A stretch of 64,000 nucleotides of DNA. Origin: Octopus sinensis. Taxonomy: Eukaryota. The translations under genes were made by a program, and so were the position numbers. This document shows positions 1 to 15,611 of the stretch, in pieces (within the stretch, counting starts at the first letter, position 1; each line of letters opens with the position of its first letter). The notes under the pieces were generated by a model. It had not been told where the DNA came from. It saw nothing but the letters and a program-made list of their open reading frames with translations, and ran no database searches. The stretch covers positions 372,001-436,000 of the forward strand of contig NW_021835996.1 of the NCBI RefSeq assembly GCF_006345805.1, in the 5' to 3' direction.

Positions 1-1291
1 TTGTAGCTACAGATGATGTTTTTGCTCAATTCAGAGAGAAGTTACGGCTGCAAATGCAAGATGTGATTTTTGGATATTTCACTGTATTTTGCCTCAGGAG
101 GTACTCTGCATTAAATCGAAGCGGTCGTCTGGACAGTAAATTTTGTCTGTGTCAGAGGTCTAAATCACCGTTTTGATTTTAACCACGGATTATCATATCA
201 CTCCGAGGTAAGGTGTATAGATTATCGCAGTCGTTCTTGAACCTTTTTTTGACTCACCTTGGCATCTAAATAATTTTTCGCCTAACCCTTATCGATGTAA
301 AAAAATATTAAATTAATGAGATGGATGGTGTTGTTTATCAATGACTAATCTTTCTATTTCTGGATTTTTTAACAAAAGACATTCTCGAACATCATGCACA
401 ACATTCAGTCTCGGACGATTAACTGATTTCAAAATGATCAATGATGAAAGTCATTGTTCGAAGAGATATTTAGTTGGAAACAACAGCACAAAATCGATTA
501 CATAAAAAATCCAAAATCCATTAGATTCGTAAGAATTTATTAATTCGATAAATTCTTTTTGAATTTTAGAAAGTAAATCATAAACTTTTACAAAAAAGGA
601 TTGACAAAAAGTTCAAGATTTATTTCATTAATTTAACCTATATTTTTCAACTTCTTTCTTCAATTCAAGTAAATGGGAAGTTATTTAATTTTTTAAATTT
701 TCTATTTGATTCAAATTTAGATAGCAGATGTAATCATTCAACTTATCAAACATAGTAAAATTAGAATTTGTTTTATTAGCAAATGCACTGCTGATGTTTC
801 ACACCGTTTTTAACCACGAAATAATATCCATAGCTGAGATAATTATCGTTTTATTTTTAAATCTAAGAATACGAAAAGTTTTCTATCCGCGGTGCGGCCA
901 CTGGCGAATCTTAATTTCCTAATATGTATTGACTGTACATAATTAATTATCTTTCAAAAAAATACGAAAAGTTCTTTGCTGTTATAACTGATGTTGTATA
1001 TAATTAAGAAATGTAAATGATTTTATGCCAATTACATGATTGAATCGATACATCTGTACTCCGCTTAAGAATTACTCTATTCTAAGTTATGTAACTTTTA
1101 TCACATACTTGAAGACTACACTTATTCTAAAATATAAATTATTTTATATTTACGCGTAAAGCATTACTAAGAAAACAAATTAGTGAATTTAAAGATTAAA
1201 AATATAAGTGAACTTTGATAAATATAATAAATTAAACATCATCAGTTGATATGATTGTAGAACTCGTGGATGTGACCTCTGTCGAATCACA

Positions 1292-2825
<1,534 letters not shown>

Positions 2826-3329
2826 TCGTTAAAACAGAAAAAGCGTATAACAACAGTTGCTATTAAAGCTTTTCCAGTCTATTACTTATTTGAAATTCAG
2901 TCTATTTTTTACTAATAAGAGAATAATTGATTACACTATTAATAAAGATAACCGAATATTAACGATTAAACATTCTTCTTAAAAATTCCATGATAACGGC
3001 TATTTTAATCAATTAGACTCAATTAAATAATTAAGAAACAAATCTGATTTAATAATGTTCATGAAAAGAGTCTGATTTATGTAATAAAAGACGCAATTAT
3101 TCAATTAATTATTATTCAACATGTAAAGTATCAAAGTTGTTGTGGTGTGTGAATGTACGTCTCCAAACAGTTAAGGAAAACGAAGCCTATGGGCTTTCTT
3201 GCAGATAAAAATAGTTTAAAAAAGACAGGACCGTCGCCTGAAGCCACCCTATATGGGTTTGGTGATGGGGGGGCGCCTGTTGAAACCTGTTACTCTTAAA
3301 GAAGGTTCTCCTAGTCTTGTTAAAAAAAT

Positions 3330-4687
3330 TTTGGTGAACTTATGACTTTGGAAATCGTAACTTCACTTGGATGAATGCGTGTGGGAGGTCTGTACTTCAA
3401 AGAAATAAAGAATTATTGTAAACTTATAAAAGACTTCTTCGCAAACCATTACAGATGAATTCTAATAGGTGACCTTAACGCAAAACAGACCTCATATGGA
3501 TGCAATCAATCAATATAGCCGTTCCGCGAGATCGCAACCTAATGTTGAAATCTCGCACTGGCCAGCCACATAAGATCAAGATAGAGAGAGAACATGTTAT
3601 TAGGAACTAACTAATCCAAACGAAGAGAATCCAAACGAAGTGTCCCCGCTGCGTCTATTTTTCTCTTGTGCTGTGGCTGATATAGACATCCGGTTCCTCA
3701 GTGAGAATGAGGATGCGGATGCAACCTCATATGGATGCGAAAATACAATTAGGGACAATCGGATACTCCTCGGATTATCGGAGAAATGCAGCTTCAGTGT
3801 CTTGACTTCACAAGAAACAAACTATTTCTCTTATCACTGGGAAGACCGGATAGTAGTTTTCCTCGTCTTGGCTAGTGTCATTTACCAATCCAACATACCA
3901 CAGATAGAGGTAAACATCGGCAGCGATCACCTACCTCATTCTTTATGCGTGCGAAAATAGACTACGATTTGTGAAAACCACTTCATCGGGTATGATATGT
4001 CCCGGAAAAACTAATCCGACTGGATGAATCTCTAGGAAAGCTTATAAAAAGGAAGGGGAACCTTGAAAAAAAGTTAAAACGATGTTTTTGACCTTTTGGA
4101 CTGCACTTGTATTCTGGAAAAAGTTCTTATGAAAACAGAAATAAATGATTTCACAAGAAAACAAACTCCGCTTGGAAGAATTAATGCCCAAAATTGAATA
4201 AGAAAAATCCTCAATTTTGGAAGATTTTCAATCGACTCAGTCGTATGGAGAGCAAAAGGAAAAGACATCTGGCTAAATCGACTAATGGACTGCCGTCTCT
4301 CTTAAAGAGATTCCCTCATGTCTGCGGAAACAACTGGCTAAAACTCAAGATGTGGACCCGATTGATACAATTCCTAGAGAATTTGTACGTGAAGCACTAA
4401 GAAATCTCCAAGCAAACTGGAGTCGTGCGGGACTTTTGTCCCATGCCATAACGTTAGAAGAAACATATAGTGCCATTATGGACTGCAAAAATAACGCACC
4501 TGGCTATGACTACATTTCGATTACTGTCTTCAAACATGCCCCGGAAATTCTCATACGATACTTGACCGCTCTATACAATCCAAGTTGGACATTTGGATAC
4601 GTACAAAACTTTTGGAAAAAGTCAATCGTGCGTATGATTCCAAGGTCTGGCAAAAACAACACAAGTATCTATGTTCTCGCTACTTAA
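3330..4687 (+). mobile_element. Decayed APE-type LINE remnant (endonuclease + start of RT)
   Basis: IGDLNAK and NIGSDHLP endonuclease motifs; KNNAPGYDYIS...WKKSIVRMIPRSGK pre-RT segment; stops and frameshifts. Boundaries approximate. Confidence 0.8.
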
Positions 4688-6784
4688 AACGATAAATATG
4701 TATTTGAAATAAACACTTAAATAAATTAATTATCTAATTTTTATCTAGAGAGATACTTCAAAATCTAAGCATGATCAACCTTTAGAAATTCTCCTAATTA
4801 ATTTTATTTAGTCACCAAGATCACGATAGAAACTAAACAAATTAGTCACGTGATCCCGATGCATTTCACAAGCGACCTCATCCTCGCACGGTGATCTTCC
4901 CATAAGTCTACACAAGATCGCACCGAGCGGCTAATCGGTTCTGGAATTCAGATTAATCAGATATTCCATAGAAGCCAGTCTAAAACATTTGTCACTATGT
5001 GCCTAACTTTCGGTTATTCTTTACGCTCTTAGTTGAGCATCCTCGATTCTCCGCCATGTGATCAAAGATAATAGCGGATTTTCTGAAAGCTGCGAGTAAT
5101 CAACAAGTCTCTAATAAAGACCCATACATAATATCTATTAAAAAAAATTTCAAACAAATCTATTCACTCTGTGTTGTTTGAGCAGAAAGAGGAATAAGAA
5201 GGGAAGAACATTTATGGAGTGTCATCACTTGTTCACTCCGAAGACTTAATACTTAGTTAGGCAATAAATAGTTAATTAGTTTTTTTATTAATAAAGGATG
5301 AATCGGTTTAGTATAAAAATCATGTAACTTTCATCACCGTACATGATTATTTTCATTATAATTATCTTCATAAAAGCGGTCGTCTAAATAGAAATTGTGT
5401 TTCTCTATCTTACTTTGAGGTCCTTGTCTGAAGATAAATTCTGACTCTAACAATAGAAAAATTAATAAATACTAAGTGGGTTTAAATTAGGAAATATAAT
5501 TTCATGTTCTACCTATAAAATTAATAATTAATTTTCCGACTATCTGATTTGACGCATCATCCGATGATATTGGAGACTGGTAGCCTTTAAAAACAAAAAC
5601 ACAAATGAATATGGCGAATAAACACATAATTTATTATTTGATCGAAAATTTACTTAAATAATCCAATGTTCGTACTAAATTTTGTACTTTAGTTATAATT
5701 TATTGACAAATTATTGAATTCTTCAATGTCATTAGTCAATGGTTACAAAACCCAGATTACTGTTTTTATCAAATTTTAGATTTTGGAGCGAATTTCTAAA
5801 TTTTAATAATAAAATGGTATGATGTGTTTACGCACTAACTTCAAACTAGCAAAATACAAATGAATTGTAAAAATCCTAACAGATTTTAAAGTATTCAAAT
5901 TAGCAAATAATAGAGTACAAGCTAAAAAATGGTTAGGTCTTCCAAGAACCTTTCACCTAAAAATCTAACATATCAAGAATATCCTTGATGATGAGGTCTT
6001 TGATAATATTTTCTGTATTTTGGTTAAAATAAACAACGTGAATGTCCACGACTCTTATTATGAGATACATTAAAACTTTACAGGAAAAAAATTAAAGAAT
6101 TATTTTCAACATGTTAATAAAAACGACAGCAAGAATACTCCCAATAGTGTGCACCCAATTATTGGTGGCAAAGAAATTCAATTCATCCTAGGATTTTCAC
6201 TTTCAAAACAAATGCCAGCAATTAATCAACATTAAGACTATTATCATAGTCCACCTCGACAGTGTAATTAGCACATTTTAAAGTACCTATTTAAATAAAA
6301 AAACATTCATCTAAAATAAATTATTAATATGCGAGTAGGGTTAAAGGGTATCCAGTTTATACAGCGGATTCGACCAGTTTTCATGTCTGATTAGCAGATT
6401 TCAAAATACCACTTGATAGTGCAGTTAGCAGATTTTAAAGTGCAGTCAAACCTATATTGCAAGGTTTCCCAAACCTTTTCTTTCTCGACACCCCTAAAAA
6501 TCTAAACTTTATCCTCTGCACCCGTAAATAATATGTGACATGGGCAACGCGTTACGCATGGGCAACCGGTTACATTTTTTGACCTTGTAGATGTCAAAAT
6601 TAAATCCTTTGATTATCACAACTAATATTTTTTATGGGCCAATTATAAAGTTTAACTATGCCTTGTATTGATTTAAATTAGTTTTTGTTCATGTACTTAA
6701 ATAATTTTAAAAAGTTATTTTTTTAAATGTTGGTAAACCTAAACTTATTGGAAAATTTTTAGCGTGCTAGATTTGTTTCTTGTA

Positions 6785-9557
6785 ATGGCTTCATATAGAG
6801 CAGGGGTGCGCAAGTGCGGCCGAGAGTCGATGAATGTGCGGCCGTGGGCACAATTAGGTCATCGAGCAACTAATCTTAAATATAATGCTCATAGTGTTAA
6901 TTAATCAAGAAAAACCCTAATAATAATTAAAAATATTCATATTAAATAAATTCTATTTTTAATATAATGGTTAACCTTTATTAAAAGTAATTATCATAAA
7001 CGGCTTAATTTATTTATGTCATTACCTGTTAAAAGACGACGTGCTTTGAATGAAGAAAAAAGAAAATTTAATATCAACTGGGAAAGTGAATACTTCGTAG
7101 TCGAAACAGACAACAATAGCATGCAATGCTTATTGTGCCATGAGATTGTGAAAACTATAAAACGGGACAATGCTAAACAACATTTTCAAAGACATCTAGA
7201 CCACCTATTTGTCAAGTCCATATATCAATAATTTGAATATATCCTTGCAAGACCAAACAATTTGTCGAATGTATAAAAAAATTAACAATTTTATGGATAC
7301 ATGCCGCCTACTGAAGATTCACATAGAAAAAAATTAATTATTTCATTTTCAAAAAGTCAAAAATCTCATTGATGACAAAATAATTAGTTATGACGATCTT
7401 ACACCAAATACATTTAATACTATATTCGATTATATTTTGAAACAATTTGAAGAGCGATTTAACGAATTAAAAAAAATTGAACTCAAACTTCAATTAACTG
7501 CAGCACCACATACTGTTTCGATTGAGAATGCGCCATTGGAATTTCAAATTGAATTATTGAAATTAAAAAATGATTTAATTTTGCAATGATTTAATCAGCG
7601 ACAGATTATCCAAATTTACGTGAAATGGCAATAAATATTCTCGTTTTATTCGGATGCACATATTTATGTGAGTCTACATTTTCCAAAATGAAATACTTAA
7701 AAAGTCAATATAGATCTCGGATAACGGATGCAAACTTAGAGTCATGTTTGCGCATAATGATAACTACCCTACCAGTGGATTTCAATAAGCTCGCAAAAAA
7801 TACCATAGATCCTGGCCGTCATTAGAATAACTTGTATAATACATTTCTTTTAATTAATTTTCCTTCTTTCTTATCTTTTGTCCATGAAATAATTATTTAT
7901 TTTAATAATATGATGTCCCTGATGAACGAGAGCATTTCCTGTCCAAGAACTCATTCGGTCTCGATGACAATGGGCAACTTATGCGGTCACTTTTAATAAT
8001 TAAAAAAATTACTATATTAATATCGAAAAAATAATGCAGAAAATGTGCGGCCGTGGAAGAAAAGGAAAAAAACATGCTATGCGGCCGCAAACCCAAAAAG
8101 CTTGCGCACCCCTGATATAGAGGTTATGTCAAAGATTCTTCAGAGTATCGAATTTTAAAAGATGCTTTGGAAAATAAATTCCCGGAAGATTTTTCTAGGC
8201 AAGCAAAATATAGACTTATAAAAAAGATCGAGAATTTTACAATAATCAATGAAAGGTACTCTAGATTCACGATTAAAGCGCAGATTGTATCTCAAATCTG
8301 ATGATCCAAAGCTCGTCATTACTTTGGACAATGAAACTGAAATGGAGCATGTAGCTAAATCTCTACACGAATATTCACACGGAGGAGTAAACAATATTGA
8401 GTATGAGTGTCGACAAAGATACTTCATTGTTAAAAATGACATAATCAGAAAAGTCATTCGAAATTGTGAAGCATGTAAATTTGCCTGTCTATTGAAAGTT
8501 TTAATTCTTTTTAATTTTTAATGTAGGTTGGTGATATGAATCATCATATTTTTGCTTCTTCTCCGAATGAAAGGTTTCAGCTAGATCTTGTAGATCTAAA
8601 AAAGTTTTCAGTCGTAAATAATAATAACAAATGGATTTTAACAGTCATCGATGTTTATAGTAGGTTGGTAGTAGGTCTCTCAACAATTTATTCAGATTTG
8701 CTTTTGTTAGACCACTTTTTCATAAATCTTCAAAAGAAGTATGCAGCAACCTGAGATCACTTTTCTACCTTCATGGACCTTGCAAAATTTTGCAATCGGA
8801 TAATGGTTCAGAATTCAAGAATGTGTCTCTGAGAGATCTATGCGAAGAGTTCAATGTAGTTCAGATACATGGAAGACCAAACAATCCCCGTACACAAGGG
8901 ATTGTTGAGCGTTTTAATCAAACCATCACCCGAAAACTCTCCAAAATGATGGACACGGATGAAAAAAAGTGGCTGGAAATTCTCGAAAAAGCAGTGTACT
9001 GTTATAACAAGGCTGTACATTCATTTTCAAATCAGAGTCCTTTTCAAAGATATCGAGGGATAAGCGGAATAAACACTAATGTTGCAGGTTATAATTATAA
9101 AATTATGTTTTAGAAAATATTAAAAATCAATTTGAAAATTCAGAGATTTGTTCAAATTTAGACTCAATTGAAAATTCAAGTATTTTAACTTTGAATTTAT
9201 ATTTAGGCGATTCTAATTGTCCAAAAAATTTAAATTTAATTTAAATCCGATTGATGGAAACTCAGCCTACTATAAGGCAATGAATAGAAAAATGAATGTA
9301 CACAATAGTAAATACGAATTTAGTGTCGGAGATAAAGTTTAGATAAATAATTATAGATAGGTTCGAGTTAAAAAAGATTATGGAACAAACCCTTCGTTGC
9401 GGTTGGATAAATTCGAGTCTCCATTCTATCCGACGGCTGAAATAATTAACATTTTATCAAATAATCGAGTCGAGGTAAATCAATCATTTTTATTTAATAG
9501 ATAAAATATGCTAAAGGAGAGATATGGACGGTACCAATGACAAGACTAAAAAAATGA
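6785..9557 (+). pseudogene. Ginger integrase/transposase gene, 7 micro-introns, disrupted by nested hAT and one homopolymer frameshift
   Basis: Removing the hAT plus one TSD restores MASYRGYVKDSSEY. The spliced frame gives an H-x3-H/C-x2-C zinc motif, the DDE core (QLDLVD, QSDNGSEF, QGIVERFN) and a C-terminal FSVGDKVRV...TRLKK*. GT-AG introns at 8256-8283, 8498-8526, 8664-8695, 9088-9113, 9180-9206, 9337-9360 and 9475-9500; 1-nt shift in the A-run near 9222-9228. Confidence 0.85.
6801..8114 (+). mobile_element. Internally deleted Buster-type hAT transposon nested in the Ginger element
   Basis: Perfect 14-bp TIR CAGGGGTGCGCAAG; 8-bp TSD ATATAGAG (6793-6800, 8115-8122) with central TA; retains N-terminal CLLCHE..RH zinc finger and C-terminal FGCTYLCESTFSKMK dimerisation motif. 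Confidence 0.95.
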
Positions 9558-10089
9558 TTAATTTTAATTTTTTTTGTTAAAATGCATTATTCTCTAAAGT
9601 TATTCAATGATTAATAATTGACATCTACAAGGTCAAAAAATGTAACCGGTTGCCCATACGTAACGTGTTGCCCATGTCACATAATATCGATGCATGTTGT
9701 TATACATGACCATTAAAGTTTTACCATCTATTTATTTAGATACTTTTATATCACCAGAAATCATATAATGAGCGGTATCTGAAATTAATAGATAAAAATT
9801 CTCACGAACAATCTCAATCTCTCTAATGACGTTATCTATTATTTGGTAGATGATACCAGCATTGGCATGATTTTCCAGTGGAATGATTCGGACGGATTAA
9901 TAATTTTAAATGTTTCAAACATTTTTTTGATCGAATCATTATTTAATTTGTATAGCGGGATGTTTGCTTGCACAAAAACTTCCGTGATCGTTTCATTAAC
10001 CGAATCTACTTTGATTGATTCAGTTAATGCTGTTTGAACTGAATTACATGAATGATCTATAATATTATAACAAATTTATACGCATATTG

Positions 10090-10420
10090 TTATGGTCGAG
10101 CGTGGTCTTTAATACTATTCTTTGTCAGTACCAATGTGTTGTTTTGTATGGTAAGCCGAAGAAAGAGTCGATGGCCTAATTCGTCTGACGTCATTTGCGA
10201 TGGTCGTAGGACATGTCCAAAAAGCAGCCGCTTTTCCTGGACATCAAATGGGCTGTGACATTTGAATGTCCTGATCAGGACTGTGCAGATCAACTCAACC
10301 ACTTTGCTTGGCGCGAATTTTAAAAATTCTGCATTCACGTTGTCCGGTCCCGAAGCCCTATCATTTTCAGCTTGCTCAAGGCTGAAATGACTTCATAGCG
10401 GGTGATGTTTTTATTGAATC
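10090..10420 (-). mobile_element. RTE-like LINE remnant with large internal deletion
   Basis: NAEFLKFAP pre-RT segment joined almost directly to LLFGHVLR (post-RT motif). Confidence 0.55.
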
Positions 10421-10479
10421 CTCTGGGAGTTCCTTTGAATGGCTCCAGCTAGTAATTAAGATTTAGGCTGCTGATTCTT

Positions 10480-10801
10480 GGCCTTTCCCACTTTTGGAAT
10501 CTTTTATGAAATTACTGTTTCTAATCAAAAATTTTATAAAATTGACTAAGTAACTCAAAATAGTTAGTTACCCCGGCTTCTCTAGCATGTAGAAAGCCGA
10601 CTGCAATCAGGTAGGGAGAGGCAGAGATTGGGCGCTTCCAGAGATCCCGAATTCCAATAGGTGGCGACAGGTCAGGCGGTCCAGGACGGGAAAAAAGTCA
10701 TCAGGGGTGAGGAAAGCGGTATTGGAGGTACCTGTCGAGTGATTGCTCTGAAGGATGTACCGGTGGCGGGGAGAATTAAGAAGTTCGTTATTTTTAAACA
10801 T
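10480..10801 (-). CDS. Unidentified small coding-like segment
   Basis: GC-richer ORF (NSPRHRYILQSNHS...DFFPVLDRLTCRHLLEFG) followed by an intron-like GT..AG and a short terminal frame; no family recognised. Confidence 0.3.
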
Positions 10802-11134
10802 CCTGATAGCATGAGATGAGATTTAATCATGAATTAGTTTCTTGCCAGTTTTCCCATTGTTCGTTAAGAGTATTTTTGAGAGATATCTGCAATGATCGAC
10901 TAAAGTAGTAATAATATGTCTTTTGTTTTCTGAAATAGAAATTTTGTGACATGACAGGCCTAAGTCATTAAATTTTCAAATTGGCCTCAGATTTAAGTGA
11001 ATCGCAATTTTTAAAGAAAACAGTTCACTAAAATAAACGTTACATCAAGTTTTCCGTTTTTAGAAATAACAAGTTTTAAAGAGAATTAAAAGATATGAAA
11101 GAAAAGATATGAACAGAACATGATTATAAAAAAA

Positions 11135-14100
11135 TCAAGTTTTAAAAAGACGAGAAAAAATTTCGGCCAGATCAACGTTAGAATATGCGCTATGACTCAA
11201 TATATTGTCTACGCGAGAGAGAAGACGTGCATAACCACTCCGACAGATTTCCAACTGAACAGATAGATTACCTTACTCAATTATCACACGAACTCAACTG
11301 GAGTGCCGCAGGTTATTGGGAACAGTATTTATGGCCTTTTCAATGTCAAAAAGAGAACGGAAATAGTTCAGTTGGCCATACAACGTTGAGGCCGAATACT
11401 AAAAATGATAAATGCACGAGGGACAACCTCCTCAGTTAAACTAGTCTTAGAGCATTCTGGACAACGCATTTTCCCCCTCTCGACATTAATTCCACCGATT
11501 CGAGTCCGATGAAGACAGTCATCGCAAACCATCCATCCCTGATAGTGAGAACTTATAAGAAGCGTACCTCGTAGTACAACGATATATATTTCCTGGCAGA
11601 TAACACCAATTGGTTTTCGATGAAGGGAACATACGAAATTGGCGAATGTTGACACATTTCATTTGCGCATTTGCTAAGTACAACTTGCAGAGTTCTCTGG
11701 TTAGGAATAATTAAAAAAAATTACTGTTATAGGCGGTCCATCCAGCTTGAAAGGGGTGTTACAAAAAGGACAGTCCCATTTGAGTCCATTGAATTTTTGA
11801 ACGAATGACGTTGGGTTATAAACTGGAATGTTGGCATCAATTCCCAATGATTGTGCAATGTGAGCTGAGGATATTCCATGGATTGGGAGACATAAACGAG
11901 CCACTACTGGGTGTACTTGGTGGGACAAATAGTAGTCCATATCAACAGTACAAGTATCATCCAATTCAGACGGATGATATACACGTTGCGTAGGTGGTCG
12001 ATTAGTCCCATCCTAATAAGGTGATCTTCTCACTTTACATTGCAGATAATATATTCCACTGTATCTCCTGCCCGTATCGTTTTACCAGCCTGAATCCGAC
12101 GAAGAGCCACTTGTACGTGGGGGAGAGATTGTGCATAATCCTGCGGAGCTTTTGCCAATTGCTGAAAAGTGGGAAATCACAGCTTTACCTTAGTTATGAC
12201 ATATTGAGAGAGCGGATATGATGATTGGCGAACATTAAGCGCAACAGACGCAAGAAGAGAATGAATTAACTCAAGGACTAATTCTCTTGGTGAACCAGAA
12301 AGAATAAGTTCGACAACCTCACTGAAGTAAACCAAAAACAACATACTTCCCAGCCTGTCTGGCAAGAAGACACCAGTCTCGACGTACACTGTCAATTCCC
12401 CTCAAATGCTTTGTTTCAACTCCATCCTCGGCTATCTGCAGTGCTGCGTATTTTTTCTTTCGTAGAAGAAGTAATGTCTTGAAGACACCATCGATATCCA
12501 ATTCCAAATTTTTGTATAGTTTATTAACACTTGTCTTAATCTGAACATTGCTACTTATCAAAACAACCCGGCAGCCAAGTTTCAATGCTTGTTGTAAATC
12601 TCTACAGTTGCTGTTAATCATCAGCGAATCAGTATCGCCGTATACCACTTCCAACCCCATCCCTTCCACCAATTCTTTAGATCTCAACAATAACTGGAAT
12701 GGCTGAAATACCAAACCTGTCTCCCTTGGAATGTTATAAACGCCGCAAGATCTTTTGCGTAAAAACGACTGTTCGAAAATCCAAGACAACCATACATCGA
12801 GTTTGCCGTCAACTTGAGAGCTTGTTGGCGAATATTGTACTATATATCAAAGAATATACTATACTTGTGCCTTCATATCCAGGTTGCTGTTCGGTTGCTT
12901 CATTAGAGCCTTTACCTCTCTTCTACTGTCAACCAACTTTTTTATTTGTGCAGGTAATATTCCAGGAGATGACGAAAACTCAATTCCATCTCCACAGGCA
13001 ACTTTGCTGGTAAAACAGACGTTAAATTCAATTATTATGGACGGGTATAGACTGTTAAAGTCCAACAACAAGATCATTGTGTCATAAAAACCTAAAAGTC
13101 ATAGAGAAAAATGTGCCTATCTTAGGATCTAGTACAAGTCCCCCAGAATATGTCTCCTTTTCGTGCGTAGTTTTTTCAAATGCAAGGTAGCCAGCTTCGT
13201 GGAATGCATGAAGAAGCAAGTACTCATTCCTCTCTGCACGTCCACCCAAAAGCGTATGTGACTATGAAATTAAATGTCCACAAGACCATCAAATTGCCAC
13301 AAATCTGAGTAATTTGAATTGCTAAAGGAAGAATGTTGAGTTTCTCCATTACTCGCAGTCCTTGTTGGCATCCCATCAACATTGCCCCCAACAAATCGAA
13401 TATCCCTGATGAAGACTGCTCCCAAACACCCTCTCTGTATTCCTCATTGAGAACTGTTTTCACAATCTCCTCCATTTCATATGTCCTCAGCTTCAACAAT
13501 TCTTTCGAGGACACTTTAAGGTCGCACAACATCCTCCCGCCCAAAAAATTAACATCTCTAAGCCCACCATTCTACAATATTTTAATCTGTCAACCAATTT
13601 GGGCAAAGTGAAACGTCTCAGTCTCCCCACCTTGGACCAATGCTGAACTTTGTTTTTCCTAAGTCGGTTAAGAAGCACGTCCAATCCGAAACCAAGAAGA
13701 CCGTGGCCCTACACCTTCTTTGACAAATACGCACCACAATCACGTCTGGGTCAACTTTATGTATCTTTGCTAGTAATAGGCCCAACAAGGCTCTTTCACT
13801 AGCCACGACCTCCACCTTGATTGAGGAGTCCTTCCGGTTACAATACTGCTTAAAGTCCAATGGAATTGTATGATTGGAAGTACGAGTCAGCACTAGTTGT
13901 ATTAAATGAAAAGACCACGGCAAAAATGATCTGTAAACACACGTTTGTTGATCTTGTTAAGATAGAGGTTAGAATTAACTAGACAAGCCACTCCCACGAT
14001 TACGTTTTCTTTTTTATTGGGGCTGACGAACAGGTTAATGTACAAAACGGTAAGACTTGGCGGAGGCTTATTATTATCCACTGGAACGAGACATTGAGGA

Positions 14101-15473
14101 GAATCAACCTTCAGTTCTGAATCACACCAACACAATGAACTTGTCATAGACACTATCCATATTACATAATGATTCACCGACTCGTTCTAATCTCAGCCAG
14201 CATGGCCCACGCAATCTCCTTTCCAAAAGCAAATTTTCTAAAGGAGGGCTTCCCGTCCCCAAAACTCTTCCAAAAGTACTCCCTGTAGTACTTGGTTGTA
14301 GGGCAGGGTACTTTGCCTTGACATAGAATGATAAGAATACATTATAGCGCACTTCCAAGTATTCTGTTTCCTTAGGAAGGTCGTCCTGTGCACATTTGAG
14401 TCGAATGACCTAAACTCACTAAAAATAGTGAAATTCACTTTCATTCTATATTCCTGAACTTTATTCTGCCTCAACGTCGTTTCAATTTCTTTGTAAAATG
14501 CTGAATCAAATTCTCCGTAAGGAAGTACGTGAATTACTCTCTCGGTGTTTTGTACATGGACACATGCGTTCTTCCCGTTAATCTTGCCAAACAGGTAAAT
14601 TTGTCCCGATGACAGGTCTTCTTGTGCGTCCATCCAGAATATAAGCAGGTCGTCCCCTGTCTGTGCCATTTTTTCAGGACTTGGTGGGAATTCCTCCATC
14701 GGTTGCGATTCAAAGGAGAGGGGGAAATCCTCCATAGAAAATTGGAGAATCGACTGAGACTGTTCATTTGAGAGCGGTTGAGAATCCTTTACGGGGCTCA
14801 CAATTTTCAGCGGGGAAATCGACTCGAAATTAATTTCAGGAGAGTGAGGCATTATATTTTCGGGGATGAATGTTGGTTTTTCTTTGACGGGTAATTTGTG
14901 GTGAGAAATAGAAGGTGAGTTTTCTGTTTTGGCGATAACCCTCTGAGACTTTAGCTCTGCCATGATATCATTGAGGATATGATCGTCTTCAAGATTGGGT
15001 GCCAGTATATAGATAAATAAATACCTTTTTAGTCTTTTTCGAGGAAGATTGGAGTAGTGACACAATATCTCTTTTCTTAGGATTGACAATATTTTTGTTC
15101 TTCAATGTTTTTGGGGGGACTATTTCATGGTCTTGGTCGAATATTTCTCGGCCGTCATCAACAAAACTCGGGTCTATATTTGGATTATGACTAGTGAACC
15201 ATCGCATATAACAAAATTTGATTGTTGTCTCTCTCTAACAATTTCGGAATATTCGTCCTCGTCCACATATCGGTATATTGGTGCCTCTTCGAAATCCATA
15301 GAAATCTTATTTCCTGCTTTTCTTGCATTTGATAGTTGTTCTAAAGCTGTCACTACTCGGTTATTCTGTCGCGATTGTCTTTTAGCCCTTCTGTCGTTGT
15401 TTGTGCTGTCCTCTGATCGATTATCATATTTAATGAGACAAACACCACAAACCCATAATTTTTTAGTCGCCAA
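11135..15473 (-). CDS. POLA1: DNA polymerase alpha catalytic subunit, multi-exon
   Basis: B-family motifs [44 protein letters not shown]; [15 protein letters not shown]; C-terminal Cys clusters; end [13 protein letters not shown]; N-terminal [17 protein letters not shown]. Confidence 0.97.
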
Positions 15474-15611
15474 TTTGTAATTTTATTAAATAAAATGAGA
15501 ATTTAATTAAGTATCAATTTTTCATTAATTAAATAATTTGATTAAATTAATTTAGTTAATATAAATTATTTAAAACTAATATAATATTCACAAATAATTT
15601 AATTTTATAAA

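Larger units (their letters stand above)
6534..9681 (+). mobile_element. Ginger2/TDD-like DNA transposon (Gypsy-like DDE integrase, TIRs)
   Basis: 64-bp TIRs TGTGACATGGGCAAC... at 6534-6597 and 9618-9681 with 2 mismatches; TG..CA ends; 5-bp TSD TAATA (6529-6533, 9682-9686); integrase only, no gag, RT or LTR. Confidence 0.9.

Noticed and set aside
119-130. 12-mer AAGCGGTCGTCT shared with 5374-5385
   Set aside because: Flanks do not align convincingly; too short to call a repeat or a site.
6460-6528. hAT-like end (CAAGGTTTCCCAAACC..) left of the Ginger, suggesting three-level nesting
   Set aside because: No matching right end or TSD was found beyond 9686.
8249-9113. Integrase ORFs as part of a Gypsy LTR retrotransposon or a domesticated KRBA2/SCAND3-like gene
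   Set aside because: No gag, protease, RT or LTR; the gene is enclosed by TIRs with a TSD and has introns.
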